Shown here in pieces: positions 40,864-52,875 of a DNA stretch of 64,000 bases (within the stretch, counting starts at the first letter, position 1; every line of letters starts with the position of its first letter). Source of the DNA: Azolla caroliniana (Eukaryota > Plantae > Polypodiophyta); NCBI GenBank assembly GCA_043228905.1, contig JBHGNT010000020.1:14012001-14076000 (forward strand), given 5' to 3'. The position numbers and the translations under genes were made by a program. The notes below the pieces were generated by a model that saw only the letters and a program-made list of their open reading frames with translations, was not told where the DNA came from and did no database searches.

Positions 40864-41521
40864 ATGTCGGGCAATTATCAATGCAGGGTTGGAGTCTTTA
40901 GTTTGATACTATTGGGTTGTTGGAGAATTCCTCTCCTAACTTTAGTGATGGCATTAGTGATGATGTGTTCATTTGTCTTCCGTGTTGTCTTCATGTCAAT
41001 CCAAACATCATATTGTCAAAATGATGATGACAATGTTCATTTACATATAATGGCCAATGGGGGGAACATCAAACCTGCATTCAATATATCGATTTCTCAT
41101 CCACGAGAGGTATTTTAATCAATCCTATTAGCTAAAATTCCCTTTCATTATATCCATCATTAATTTCAAACTCTTAAAAAAATTGTTCCCTATTATTCCT
41201 TTGAACATTTTATCGTACATTTGAATGACTAATATATGGAGTTTTGATCCTTTTTCCCCAATATTCTTGTAGTCATCCCAATCATTATTATCTTCTTCGA
41301 CATGTTGCATATGTTTGAATGATTATGTCCAAGGTATCATCATGGTGAAGCTTCAATGCAACCATGAATTCCACAAGAGATGCGTGGAGGAATGGTTTAA
41401 GATAAGCCCTACATGTCCCCTTTGTAAACATGGAAACGTCTCACAATTTCAAGTTCCATACTCAATGTGTCAAATTCCACAACATATGGTTGATAAATTA
41501 ACATTATTTTCTCAAATATGA
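40864..41521 (+). CDS. Putative TM plus RING-H2 E3 ligase (ATL-like); exons 40864-41109 and 41273-41521
   Basis: Hydrophobic N-terminal segment; donor GAG|GTATTT at 41109/41110; acceptor TTCTTGTAG| at 41272. The in-frame CCICLNDYVQGIIMVKLQCNHEFHKRCVEEWFKISPTCPLC has all eight RING-H2 ligands. May be a pseudogene. Confidence 0.55.
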
Positions 41522-44500
41522 CTATGATTCCTTCAATGATTTGATCCACTTATGTGCCGGTTACAATGTCTTTATATACAATATTGACATCTTTACATAT
41601 CCCCTTTGCAAGAGTAAGTGGATGAGTTGGCACTCATTCATGCTTCTTGAAAAACCCTTTTCTTTAGTTTGTTCTTCTCGTGTATGTTGTTTCTTTATGT
41701 TGTATGCCCTTATGAGAGTGTGTATAATGTTTACTTAAGTGTACAATAATCGGAATACGTGTAATTGTGTATGTGTTCCAATATAAGTACTTTTGTGCAC
41801 ACTTTCACGTTTCACGTGAATATAAGCAGTGTACCTTAGGTAAACCTAAACAATCCTCAATGAAATATAACTCCTTACCTATTAGTAGGTATCAACAACG
41901 CTTCAATTTCAGCTTAACCAGTTTGTTTGGCTTGTCCAAGTGTACATGTGAAGGGAGAACAATGTTCGCAGTGTAGAATTAGGGGTGGGTGAGGAACACA
42001 AGTTGAAATAGAGTGAGAAACAAAAGGTTCCAAAAGGGAGACATAAAACACTATACATGTGAAAGGAGATCTAAATGAAAAGCAACATAATTGATTTCAG
42101 GCAAAGATCACGAATGTACTAGGAGTTATTGAAGTAATTTGTCATATATCTTGCTTGATGGTGGCCACAATATGACAACCACAAACAATCCCAAACTTGA
42201 AACTTGAAACTTGATGGAAGTAATAAGTATTTGCAACAAACTTTGTGTGGTCTTGACATCTCGTAAATGATGAAAAAGTTGAATTTGAATATCGAAGAAT
42301 TGATTTATACAATATTTTGCAAAACAATTTTGATAGACTTTTGGATGAACATGCATAGAACAACATGGGTAATGCATGTCTTTAGGAAGGATGGGATGTA
42401 CATTATAAAGGAAATCAAATTATTATCAACAAAATCAGCAAAATGAATAAATATTGTCCAAATCATCTTGTTGATAGTTGATGAAAAAGCAAAGGTTTTT
42501 GGTTCAATGTTTGATATGGACATTGGATTGGATGCCACTTTGTGGATGATATAGGTTGAGGAGAGCTTACATGATATTTTCAGTAGGTCGAGAAAATGCA
42601 TCCAAATTGTCAATATGAAGTGTGGCTCACAATTGCTAATAATGTCATCTCAAAAAAACATGATGCTTGAATATTTCACACATAACTATATTAGTTGTTT
42701 CCCAACTATTAATAGTTTTGGTATGTGAAAGAAAGTATGTCATTTTAATAAAACATATTCACCAATGTGAGGATGAAATCAAAACCTTTGGAGGATAAGA
42801 GACTTGTAATGAAATCAAGAGAGATAAATTTACATGAATCTGCTTTAATAGACAAAGGTTATCGTAACCCATTTGGGGGATGTAGCAACATCATTGACCA
42901 ACAATAGATATCACAAGTGTGATCATAGGCCATGAAAAAACAACTAACCTAATTCTAGAGCTTCAAAATGTCCAACCACCTATGTTAAAAGCAAGAGGTT
43001 TTTAAGAAGAGATGGGAAAGGGTGAATGTCTTCATCATGTTTAATGGTTGTATACGTTGGAGGTATCAACCACCTCTCTGGGTATTTCCTTCATCGACAT
43101 GAAGCATTTGTCCATGTCCAAGCGGTGGATAAGGGAAAGGAACTATTCTTGGCAATGCTTTGGGAGTTATGTATGTCTGTGGCAGCCTAAGATTAGTTGG
43201 AAAAAGGTAAAAATTTGTGTTGAAGTTGTTAAGATATTTCAAAGTGTCAATGTATCAATCATGTAAATCACTTTAGACTTTACCAAAAAATAAAATAAAA
43301 TAAAAATCAATTTAGACATAATTAAAACCATTGTCGGAAAAGAGAGAGTCCAATCACCTATTTGCCAAGGAATGATTTTGCTTGTTGCCTCACCTAAATC
43401 ATACATGATCAACAAAGGATGTTGTAACCCATTTGGGGGATGTAACATCATCTTTGACCAACAACAGACATCACAAGTGTGATCATAGGCCATAGAAAAA
43501 CTACTAAGCTTACTCTAGAGTATTATCATCTTCAAAATCTCCAACCACCTATCTGTCAAAAAATGATTTTGCTTGTTGCATCACCTTAGTGATACATTAT
43601 CATGTACTCCGAACGTTGTACTTTGGCATGCATTGAAGATGTCAAAACCTCCAAATGAACCAACTTGACCTTTGAATTCAACTTGGTTATGTTATTGAAC
43701 ACAAATTACATCCACTTGTTTACTAGGGTTGCAAGGCCCCATATATTGAAGGAGATGCATTTGACTTGTTTATGCATGGTTACTATGGTTGAAGATATGA
43801 AACAAAGCAGAGTACTAATCTAACTGCATATTAGTATCACCACCATGCTTATTTGTATGATCCAAATGCAAGCGATAACACTCATGGGATAACATTTCTT
43901 GTCACTTGTTCACCCCACAATTTATGTTGATAAAGCTATTGCTTTGGATACAACATTCACAATGGAGGAGCTTTTAGAGACTCAGAAGAGTCTCAGGGAA
44001 GACAAAGCGCCTTGTTGGGATGGTATTACGTTAGAGTTCATTGTAGAATTTTAGGACTTGCTTAAGGATCTAATATTGTATATGGCAAATAAAGCTTGGA
44101 AATAATGGGATATGCCTATATCATGGAAAGAAGTTTTGGTCAAATTAATACCCACAAAGAAATTGTGTGAATCTTTTTCAGATTGGCAACTGATCAATCT
44201 CATGCCAGTGATCGATAACTTATTGCAAAGGTAATTGTTAATCATATTAAGGACACTTTGTTGGGAGGCATACATGTAAACCAATATGGGTTCATTCCAA
44301 GAAGGCAAATTACAAATAATATAGCTAATGCCACTATTATGCAAAATACATCAAAGAAGACATGTATTTATCATACAAATTGACATTGAAAAGGCCTTTG
44401 ACATACTCCAATGGGATCTTGTGGAAGCCACAATGGTCATACTAGGATTTGGCCCGAAAATGTCTCAAGTAACCTACTGGGTTTATAGGTCTAGCACATC

Positions 44501-45414
44501 TTCATGCATTGTTGATGGTGAATTGACACATTCATGGAGCTTAGCCAAATTAGTATGACAAGGTTGTTCTGAAGTGCATTGTTGTATGCAATTGCAACTC
44601 ATCCACTTTTATTGTACATGGATAATCAATCTAGTATCAACCAGTTGACTGCATGGTTTTAAAATGAAAGATGGACACGATTTTGTGGCTAATGCATATG
44701 TAGATGATACATCATTCATGCACAAAATAATCCACAGGATATGAGAGTGATTGTGGATGCCCTCAAATTGTATGGATTAGTTCTTGGACTACATGTTAAC
44801 TTCAACAAGTCTAAACTCCTACACTTGACACCATATAGTTGGCATCAACTTTTGTGGCTAGGCCAAGTTGTTAACCCAAATGAAATGATTTAACACCTTG
44901 GCTGTCCATTGGGATGGAATGCAACATGGAAAGGAAAGGTTGAATGGGTTCTACAAATATCTTGGCTAAGAAAGCAACTTTATAGCCAAAATATGCTTAA
45001 CAAACATTGGTTTGGGCAAGAATGCTATCATATATGTTTGATAATGTGAAAACCAAGTCATTTGGCTCATGGGATACTAATAATTGGGATGTAGTGTTCG
45101 GAAAGCTTGACAGACACATTAAAGGATGTTTGTTTAGATCAAAGCTTCTAAAGAACTGAAAGGAAGTATTGCATCACATAAAATGGAGAGGTAGGTGTTA
45201 AGAGTCTATTACTAATCAATAGACCAAATCAAGTAAAAAGGAAGAAAATAGATTGGATAGAAGAACCCGTTCCACCCGACCACCCCCGAGCTATGATCTA
45301 GACATAGCCAACCTACCACCGACGTCCCATACCGCCGGATATTAGGATGACTAATACCTTGGAAGAGATAAACACGATCGTCGAGACGAAAGCCTAGCCC
45401 GCACCACCGGTGTC

Positions 45415-46642
45415 TACGACAGCAGCTTTCCGACGTGATTATCCCTATGAGGGTAGCTAAGCCTCATATTTATACCTTTTCCTAGGCCCCTTGAATAGAT
45501 GTGCCTTTCTAAAAGGCTCTCTATTCATTGGTTGTCTAAATCATGATAGTGCATGCACATATCATTCATTCTATCCAATCATTAGTCCCCTTTTTAATAA
45601 TAGTGAACATACCCTTCACTAATGTAAATATTAGTGACCTACCCTCACCAACGTTATGTGTACATAACATACTCCCCTACTTCAAAAGATTGCACTCTTG
45701 CAATATAAAGTGAGGAAATTGTGCCTTAAGCGAATGCTCGCGTTCCCATGTGGCATCATCAATAGGTTTATCCATCCATTTGATCTTGAATAGCCGAATC
45801 TCTTTAGAACGTAAACGTTTAGTACGAGAATCAAGAATTCGTTCAGGAACATGAGGTTTGTAAGAAAAATCCTCTAATGTTACAAGATCTTGGATTGTGA
45901 TGGTGTTATCACCAGAGCCTAAAAATGGTTTTAGACGACTGACGTGAAAAACAGGATGAATACCAACGTTACGAGGTAAGGCAAGGTGATAAGCAGATGA
46001 CCCAACTCGCTTAAGGATTTCAAATGGGTACGACAGCAGCTTTCCGACGTGATTATCCCTATGAGGGTAGCTAAGCCTCATATTTATACCTTTTCCTAGG
46101 CCCCTTGAATAGATGTGCCTTTCTAAAAGGCTCTCTATTCATTGGTTGTCTAAATCATGATAGTGCATGCACATATCATTCATTCTATCCAATCATTAGT
46201 CCCCTTTTTAATAATAGTGAACATACCCTTCACTAATGTAAATATTAGTGACCTACCCTCACCAACGTTATGTGTACATAACATACTCCCCTACTTCAAA
46301 AGATTGCACTCTTGCAATATAAAGTGAGGAAATTGTGCCTTAAGCGAATGCTCGCGTTCCCATGTGGCATCATCAATAGGTTTATCCATCCATTTGATCT
46401 TGAATAGCCGAATCTCTTTAGAACGTAAACGTTTAGTACGAGAATCAAGAATTCGTTCAGGAACATGAGGTTTGTAAGAAAAATCCTCTAATGTTACAAG
46501 ATCTTGGATTGTGATGGTGTTATCACCAGAGCCTAAAAATGGTTTTAGACGACTGACGTGAAAAACAGGATGAATACCAACGTTACGAGGTAAGGCAAGG
46601 TGATAAGCAGATGACCCAACTCGCTTAAGGATTTCAAATGGG
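45415..46642. repeat. 614-bp tandem duplication inside the gypsy element (partial LTR, PPT and chromodomain)
   Basis: 45415-46028 is repeated at 46029-46642, apparently identical. Confidence 0.95.
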
Positions 46643-49600
46643 CCACAATATCGTGGGGCTAACTTAGCGCACTTGCCCGTAGATAATGACGTAGAATCAG
46701 TCGGGACACGCAAAAAAACTTTTTGACCAATAGTAAATGCACGAGGACGTCTATCCTGATCAGCATAAAATCGAGCACGATCTTGAGCTGTCTTGACATT
46801 TTCTTTGGCAATATGCAACATTTGGTTCATGTCTTGCAAAAAATTGCGTGTACTGTCTAATGTATCACGATGAATCGTGACATCAACTGGGGCACGTGGC
46901 TGAAAACCATACATCAACATAAAAGGACTATATCCAGTGGATGTATGTTTAGAGCTATTATAGGCAAATTCTAAGATAGGAAGGTATTGCTCCCACTTAG
47001 AAGGGGTTTTTGCTACATAAGCTCGAAGCATGTCCTCAATAATTTGATTAACTCGTTCAGTTTGTCCATCAGACTGAGGATGATCTGCGGAACTCATGCT
47101 CAACGTAGTTTCTAGTTTCTTAAAGACCTGAGTCCAAAAGTCACTAGTAAACTTGGAATCTCGATCACTAACAATATCCATCGGTAATCCATAAAAACGA
47201 AATAACTCATCAACAAATTGATAAGCCAACTGTTGAGCGGTTACCGTGGTTTTTGTAGGAATAAATCTAGCTAATTTTGTTAGCCTGTCAACGACAACCC
47301 ATATGGCATCATGACCCCTCTGTGTACGAGGTAAACTAACAATAAAATCCATCGAGATACTTTCCCATTTATTGTTGGGAATATCTAAGGGATGTAAAAG
47401 ACCAGCAGCTTTAAGTCGTTCCGACTTATTAATCTGACATTGTAAGCATTGAGTTACGTATTTATGCACGTCAGAGCGCATCTTAGGCCAGAAAAAAGTA
47501 CACGAGATGAGAACGAGTGTGCGTTGTATTCCAGGATGACCAGCAGATGGTGCATCATGACATTCATGAAAAATTTTCTGTTTAACATTTGGTAAATCTG
47601 GAACACAGACCTTTCCACTACGGTAGAGCAAACCGTTTGTAATGTGAAAGGTCGCCTTCGAGGGTAGGGTGCTAGTATCGGCATCTAAACCAGATTCGGC
47701 TTTCGTCCAGTATTTTGAGAAATAACTGTCATCAAGGTATTTCCCTCGAAGGTGATCTAAAAGATCAGATTTTATTTCCGTGAAGCTAAGCATGTTAACT
47801 TCTTTAATGCGACTAAGAGCATCAGCAACGGTGTTCATAGAACCCTTGCGATATCGTATGGAAAAATCAAAATCTTGCATAAGGTCAGCCCAACGGCCTT
47901 TACGACCAACAAGATCGGGCTGGTCACAAAAATACTTTAATGATTGATGGTCTGTTGTAACCACAAATTTATTTCCATAGAGATAGTGCCTCCATGTTTT
48001 AAGTGCGTGTATTACCGCAAACAACTCTTTCTCTTGAACCGAATACCGAGATTGAGCAGCATCAAGCTTCTTACTTTCAAAAGCAATAGGGTGACCACCT
48101 TGATAAAGAACGGCACCAATAGCATAATCACTAGCATCGGTTTCAATTGAGAAAGGCTTAGAAGGGTCTGGTAATAGAAGAGTGGGAGCCTGACACACAT
48201 GCTCCTTGAGTGTCTCAAATGATTTGTCAAGTTGTTCATTCCATGAAATTGGTTTGACAGACTTACGTGGATGACCTTTTAAAAGGTCAGTTAATGGCGT
48301 AGTCAATTTGGAATAGTTACGAATTGATTTTCGTAAAAATCCAACAAACCCTAAGAATGATCTAAGTTCACGAATATTACGAGGAATGGGCCAAAGTTTA
48401 ACCTTTTCAATACGAGAAGGTTCAATTTCAACGCCATTTTCTGTAATTAAATGACCTAGGTACACAATAGATTTTTGGAAGAAGTCACATTTTGAATGTT
48501 TTGCATAGAAAGAGTTGTCACGCAACTTTCGCAAAACAAATTGAACATGTTGAACATGATCTTGCAAGGTACGGCTATATATCAAAATATCATCCAAGAA
48601 GACGACAACAAAATCACCGAGTTGATCTCGGAAAACATCATTCATCGCTTGTTGGAATGTGGCTGGAGCATTAGTCAACCCAAATGGCATGACTAAAAAC
48701 TCATAATGGCCATAGCGCGTACGAAAAGCGGTTTTAGGAATATCATCCTCGGCGATGCGAATCTGATGATAACCAGTTTGTAAGTCAATTTTCGTAAAAT
48801 ATCGAGCCCCGTGCAAACGATCAATCAAATCATCGGCACGAGGTAATGGATATGCATTCTTAATTGTCATTTTATTCAAACGGCGATAATTGATACACAT
48901 TCGCCACGAACCTTCCTTCTTCTTGACTAATAGAACTGGCGCACCCCAAGGTGATTTACTATACCTAATGTGGCCCATACTCAAGTATTCCTTAAGTTGT
49001 TTAGCGATCTCATCCTCTTCTAATCGACTAAGTCGGTAAGGTGGAATGCTCATAGGAGCAGCCCCAGGGATGAGTTCAATTTGATGGTCCACATTACGTT
49101 TAGGTGGTAAAGTAAGCGGTAATTCAGTAGGAAACACATCTTGAAAATCCTCTAAAATAGAGTCGAGTAATCGTTGCTCAAAATGTGGTAATTGTGTGGC
49201 GTCAATATTAAAATAATAAAATTGAACCGCAGGATCAATTACACACGAATAAATTAATGAACTAGAATACTCACTTAAAGATTTAGAAGACACAAGTGAA
49301 TGAGAAGGAAGTTTGGAACATTGAATAAAATGTTTACAATTATTAAGTTCAAATGTGATTGAGTGATTAACCCAATCAATGGACAAAGAAGGGTTTTTAT
49401 TAAAAAACCAAGGATATCCTAAAATGACATCTGCGGATTGTAATTTCATAACATGAAAGTCAAGCTTCTCCAAATAAGTATCTATTTGAATTGGCAGTTG
49501 ACAAACAATGCCACTGATGTATTGAACGTTTCCATTTGCCATGTGAACTTGATAGATATGATCACTTGCGTTTATGTGGAGCTCCATTTGCTGCACAAAG

Positions 49601-50055
49601 TGATCATTAAGAAAATTGTGAGAACTACCGGAATCAAACAAGAAATGTGCTTGTGTTCCATTGATATATCCGACTGCTCGGAGTAAATCATTAGGTCCAA
49701 GTAGATGTGAAGGAAAAGTGCATTCACATAAACTTAAGTGATTGGTATGAACTTCAACAATATCAAAAGACTCACCTGTGTGACTCGTAGATTTGTCTTG
49801 AGGAGGGGTGTTCATTGACTTCCTCTCAAGACGACGACAGGTATCCTTTGTGTGGCCCCGCTTCTTGCAATATGCACAGAAGAGGTTCGGTTTCTTTGAG
49901 TCGCGGTCAAGAGTGTCACTGGATTGCTTACGTTTCCCAATGAACTTGACATTCGGAGTTTTGGCGAACTCAGGTTTATTGTGGTCTTTCTTGGAAGTCC
50001 TATGGTATCGGAAGAGCATGACGAGCCTTGTTAGATCCCCCTCGCTCACACGCAA
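46291..50055 (-). CDS. pol: Gypsy polyprotein: CCHC knuckle, aspartic protease, RT, RNase H, integrase, chromodomain
   Basis: CAYCKKRGHTKDTC, FDSGSSHNF, VVFLDDILIYS, ETDASDYAIG, HHCC plus DDE integrase and ERILDSR...KW...DATWE chromodomain in 1254 uninterrupted codons. Confidence 0.96.
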   Translation of the reverse strand: MRVSEGDLTRLVMLFRYHRTSKKDHNKPEFAKTPNVKFIGKRKQSSDTLDRDSKKPNLFCAYCKKRGHTKDTCRRLERKSMNTPPQDKSTSHTGESFDIVEVHTNHLSLCECTFPSHLLGPNDLLRAVGYINGTQAHFLFDSGSSHNFLNDHFVQQMELHINASDHIYQVHMANGNVQYISGIVCQLPIQIDTYLEKLDFHVMKLQSADVILGYPWFFNKNPSLSIDWVNHSITFELNNCKHFIQCSKLPSHSLVSSKSLSEYSSSLIYSCVIDPAVQFYYFNIDATQLPHFEQRLLDSILEDFQDVFPTELPLTLPPKRNVDHQIELIPGAAPMSIPPYRLSRLEEDEIAKQLKEYLSMGHIRYSKSPWGAPVLLVKKKEGSWRMCINYRRLNKMTIKNAYPLPRADDLIDRLHGARYFTKIDLQTGYHQIRIAEDDIPKTAFRTRYGHYEFLVMPFGLTNAPATFQQAMNDVFRDQLGDFVVVFLDDILIYSRTLQDHVQHVQFVLRKLRDNSFYAKHSKCDFFQKSIVYLGHLITENGVEIEPSRIEKVKLWPIPRNIRELRSFLGFVGFLRKSIRNYSKLTTPLTDLLKGHPRKSVKPISWNEQLDKSFETLKEHVCQAPTLLLPDPSKPFSIETDASDYAIGAVLYQGGHPIAFESKKLDAAQSRYSVQEKELFAVIHALKTWRHYLYGNKFVVTTDHQSLKYFCDQPDLVGRKGRWADLMQDFDFSIRYRKGSMNTVADALSRIKEVNMLSFTEIKSDLLDHLRGKYLDDSYFSKYWTKAESGLDADTSTLPSKATFHITNGLLYRSGKVCVPDLPNVKQKIFHECHDAPSAGHPGIQRTLVLISCTFFWPKMRSDVHKYVTQCLQCQINKSERLKAAGLLHPLDIPNNKWESISMDFIVSLPRTQRGHDAIWVVVDRLTKLARFIPTKTTVTAQQLAYQFVDELFRFYGLPMDIVSDRDSKFTSDFWTQVFKKLETTLSMSSADHPQSDGQTERVNQIIEDMLRAYVAKTPSKWEQYLPILEFAYNSSKHTSTGYSPFMLMYGFQPRAPVDVTIHRDTLDSTRNFLQDMNQMLHIAKENVKTAQDRARFYADQDRRPRAFTIGQKVFLRVPTDSTSLSTGKCAKLAPRYCGPFEILKRVGSSAYHLALPRNVGIHPVFHVSRLKPFLGSGDNTITIQDLVTLEDFSYKPHVPERILDSRTKRLRSKEIRLFKIKWMDKPIDDATWEREHSLKAQFPHFILQECNLLK

Positions 50056-50604
50056 AAAACATCAAAACAACAAAAAAATTGTTAGTAAAAGCTCTGATAC
50101 CACTGTTAAGAGTCTATTACTAATCAATAGACCAAATCAAGTAAAAAGGAAGAAAATAGATTGGATAGAAGAACCCGTTCCACCCGACCACCCCCGAGCT
50201 ATGATCTAGACATAGCCAACCTACCACCGACGTCCCATACCGCCGGATATTAGGATGACTAATACCTTGGAAGAGATAAACACGATCGTCGAGACGAAAG
50301 CCTAGCCCGCACCACCGGTGTCTACGACAGCAGCCTTCCGACGTGATTATCCCTATGAGGGTAGCTAAGCCTCATATTTATACCTTTTCCTAGGCCCCTT
50401 GAATAGATGTGCCTTTCTAAAAGGCTCTCTATTCATTGGTTGTCTAAATCATGATAGTGCATGCACATATCATTCATTCTATCCAATCATTAGTCCCCTT
50501 TTTAATAATAGTGAACATACCCTTCACTAATGTAAATATTAGTGACCTACCCTCACCAACGTTATGTGTACATAACAGTAGGAATTTAGAATTAGGGAAC
50601 TCTC

Positions 50605-50838
50605 TCTACGCCTTGAAAGCGTACATTGGAGTGCTATATTCCCACGGTCACTAGCTGAACAAGAACCTAGAAAAGCTTATTTTTTAAACAAAGAAAGGGC
50701 TGAAATCAATTGCAGATGTGGTCTACGCCTTGAAAGCGTACATTGGAGTGCTATATTCCCATGGTCACTAGCTGAACAAGAACCTAGAAAAGCTTATTTT
50801 TTAAACAAAGAAGGGGCTGAAATCAATTGCAGATGTGG
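50605..50838. repeat. 117-bp tandem duplication within the LINE relic
   Basis: tctacgccttgaaagcg...gcagatgtgg at 50605-50721 and 50722-50838, with two substitutions seen. Confidence 0.92.
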
Positions 50839-52875
50839 TAAATGACCAAGGTCACCTATTAGGCTTCAATGACATGACATGTCTTTATAGTATTCGGCCA
50901 CATCATCGAGTTATATAGAATCAAGTCACAAAGTTGGTACTTTCATGTGGTTCCTCTAGACGGAGATCATAAAATTCAGGGTTGGATGCTACAAAAAGGC
51001 AACATTGTTATTCCAATGGATAATATTACAACACATTCGGTGTATAGGTTGTTGCAACGTGCCCTTTGGTTTCAAGAACAAGAAATGCATTGTGGCACCT
51101 GACATAAAACACAATCATGGTGGAAAAAATAGGCTTATGGGCTTATGGAGCTCTGGTCCACTTAAGCAACGGGTATTCCTATGGAGACGCCTGTTCGTTG
51201 TGCTCCCAACTGCGTCAAATCTTAAAAAGCGATTGATGTGGTGGACGATCGAAGACAATCCTACACTTATTATGGACATGGTCATTCACTACCACATTTG
51301 TACATAGGACTAAGTTTCTCACATATTTCTTGGCCGAAGGTTTGGGAAGCACTTTTGGTTATTTGGACAGATTTTGTGTGCGCTATCCAACAATGCATAT
51401 TTTCTCTGATGGACAAGATTTTGGGAACTCTGGAGTCTAGACCATTTGGACGGCCCACAATAGTGAGGTCTTTGATTGAAACCAATTGCATGAAGTTAGC
51501 TTCTTTAAGCAATCCCTCAAACAATCTCTGTTTCATTGTCTGCAACTTAGAGATATCACATTATGAATTTACACTCTTTACTTTGAGTGCTTCTAACCTC
51601 TTCAGTGTCTAATTGACGCTTGTATACTTCTCTTTATGGGTTTTCGCCTCACATTGAGATTTCTCACTAGTAATAAAGTGTTACTAAAAAAAAGATCATG
51701 ATCAAGAAGTTAAAAAATGTCAAAAACTACTCTCAATGAGTTTTTTGTTGAGTCAAGGCATGAGCATTCTAGTAATGCATGAAGATGTTATAGATATTAT
51801 AGACAATGGTCTAATGGGAGGACCTTTCCCAAAGGTGACACCATTGCTCAAAATAATCCACAATGGCATAAAGCTCTTTGTCATGAATCCTGTAATTGAT
51901 TGTGGATAAACCTAAATTTCTTTGATTTAGCATAGGGGCTGGGCCATATTCTTTCAATCCTTATACAACTTGATGAACATGGACATCATGATTCTCTTGA
52001 GTTTTGGATGTGAAGATGTCATCCAAATAAATTAAAGTGAAAATGTTTGAAACTAAACCACCAAGAACCATATGAATAGGTTTAGGTATTCAACGATATC
52101 CCTCTATGCAATTATTTCACTAAAGGTGTTGGATTAAGATACCCATTACCTACACAACAAGATCCATGAAACAAGAGTTGCTAAATCCATTCAACAAAAT
52201 ATAATGAGTATTGGGAACAATCTTTAGATTCTAGATTACCTAACCAAATGACTCTAATTTTGACTAAACTAATTTACTTAATATTGTGTCCTCCCCAAGA
52301 AGATCTTGCTATGAGTGAACTTCTTATGTAACAAAGGTCTCCCACATCGAGGTCATGTTGGGTGATTCAAGTTGGTGCCTACCCAATTGGGGTGAGGTGG
52401 GTAAGAATTGACGTTAACCATTCTCAATTGTGCTAACCACATCGACAAAACCCTACACTAAACTCTGCAGTAGTAAGAATTAATTAAAGAAATAAGGTTC
52501 AACATGTTAGATTTAACATAAATACTTTAATTATATCATTAAGTGAAGAATGTCAAAATAAAGTAGTCAAAACATTTCTTTTAATTATGATCGCACTACA
52601 TATGTTAATATGGTATAAAATAAAGAACCGTTCACATAATATAAAGATAAAAGAAGAGTAATCGTTTCAGTCATGAAGTGATCCCTATTCCTCATTCCTA
52701 AGTAGGGTATTTAATAAAGCACATCTTCTTGAAAAAGGGGACCTCCCAAATTGGGGGAGTTGAAGTGTACTCTGGCGTTCGATCACTATTAACTATCATT
52801 CAATAATTACCCGTTTGTCATTTTCTCAATTAATCTAGCTTATCTACTTAAATTTTTGTGTCTTAACGTAACACT

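Larger units (their letters stand above)
45196..50577 (-). mobile_element. Young Ty3/gypsy chromovirus LTR retrotransposon
   Basis: 474-bp LTRs TGTTA...TAACA at 45196-45669 and 50104-50577; 5-bp TSD GTAGG (45191-45195, 50578-50582); tRNA-iMet PBS TGGTATCAGAGC (50102-50091); PPT AGGGGAGTA next to 45669. Confidence 0.97.
43930..51692 (+). mobile_element. Decayed L1-like LINE (RT plus zf-RVT region) split by the gypsy insertion at 45196-50577
   Basis: FTMEELLETQKSLREDKAPCWDGITLEF, QYGFIPRRQITNNI, IDIEKAFD and AYVDD lie left of the insertion. LWSSGPLKQRVFLWRRLFVVLPT and AATAAA plus an A-tract at about 51672-51692 lie right of it. Confidence 0.8.

Noticed and set aside
42120-42860. Possible hAT transposase C-terminal remnant
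   Set aside because: Only a faint CER-like motif amid many stops; too degraded to support as a feature.
45677-46081. Stand-alone 134-aa chromodomain ORF
   Set aside because: A by-product of the 614-bp duplication fusing LTR sequence to the pol tail.
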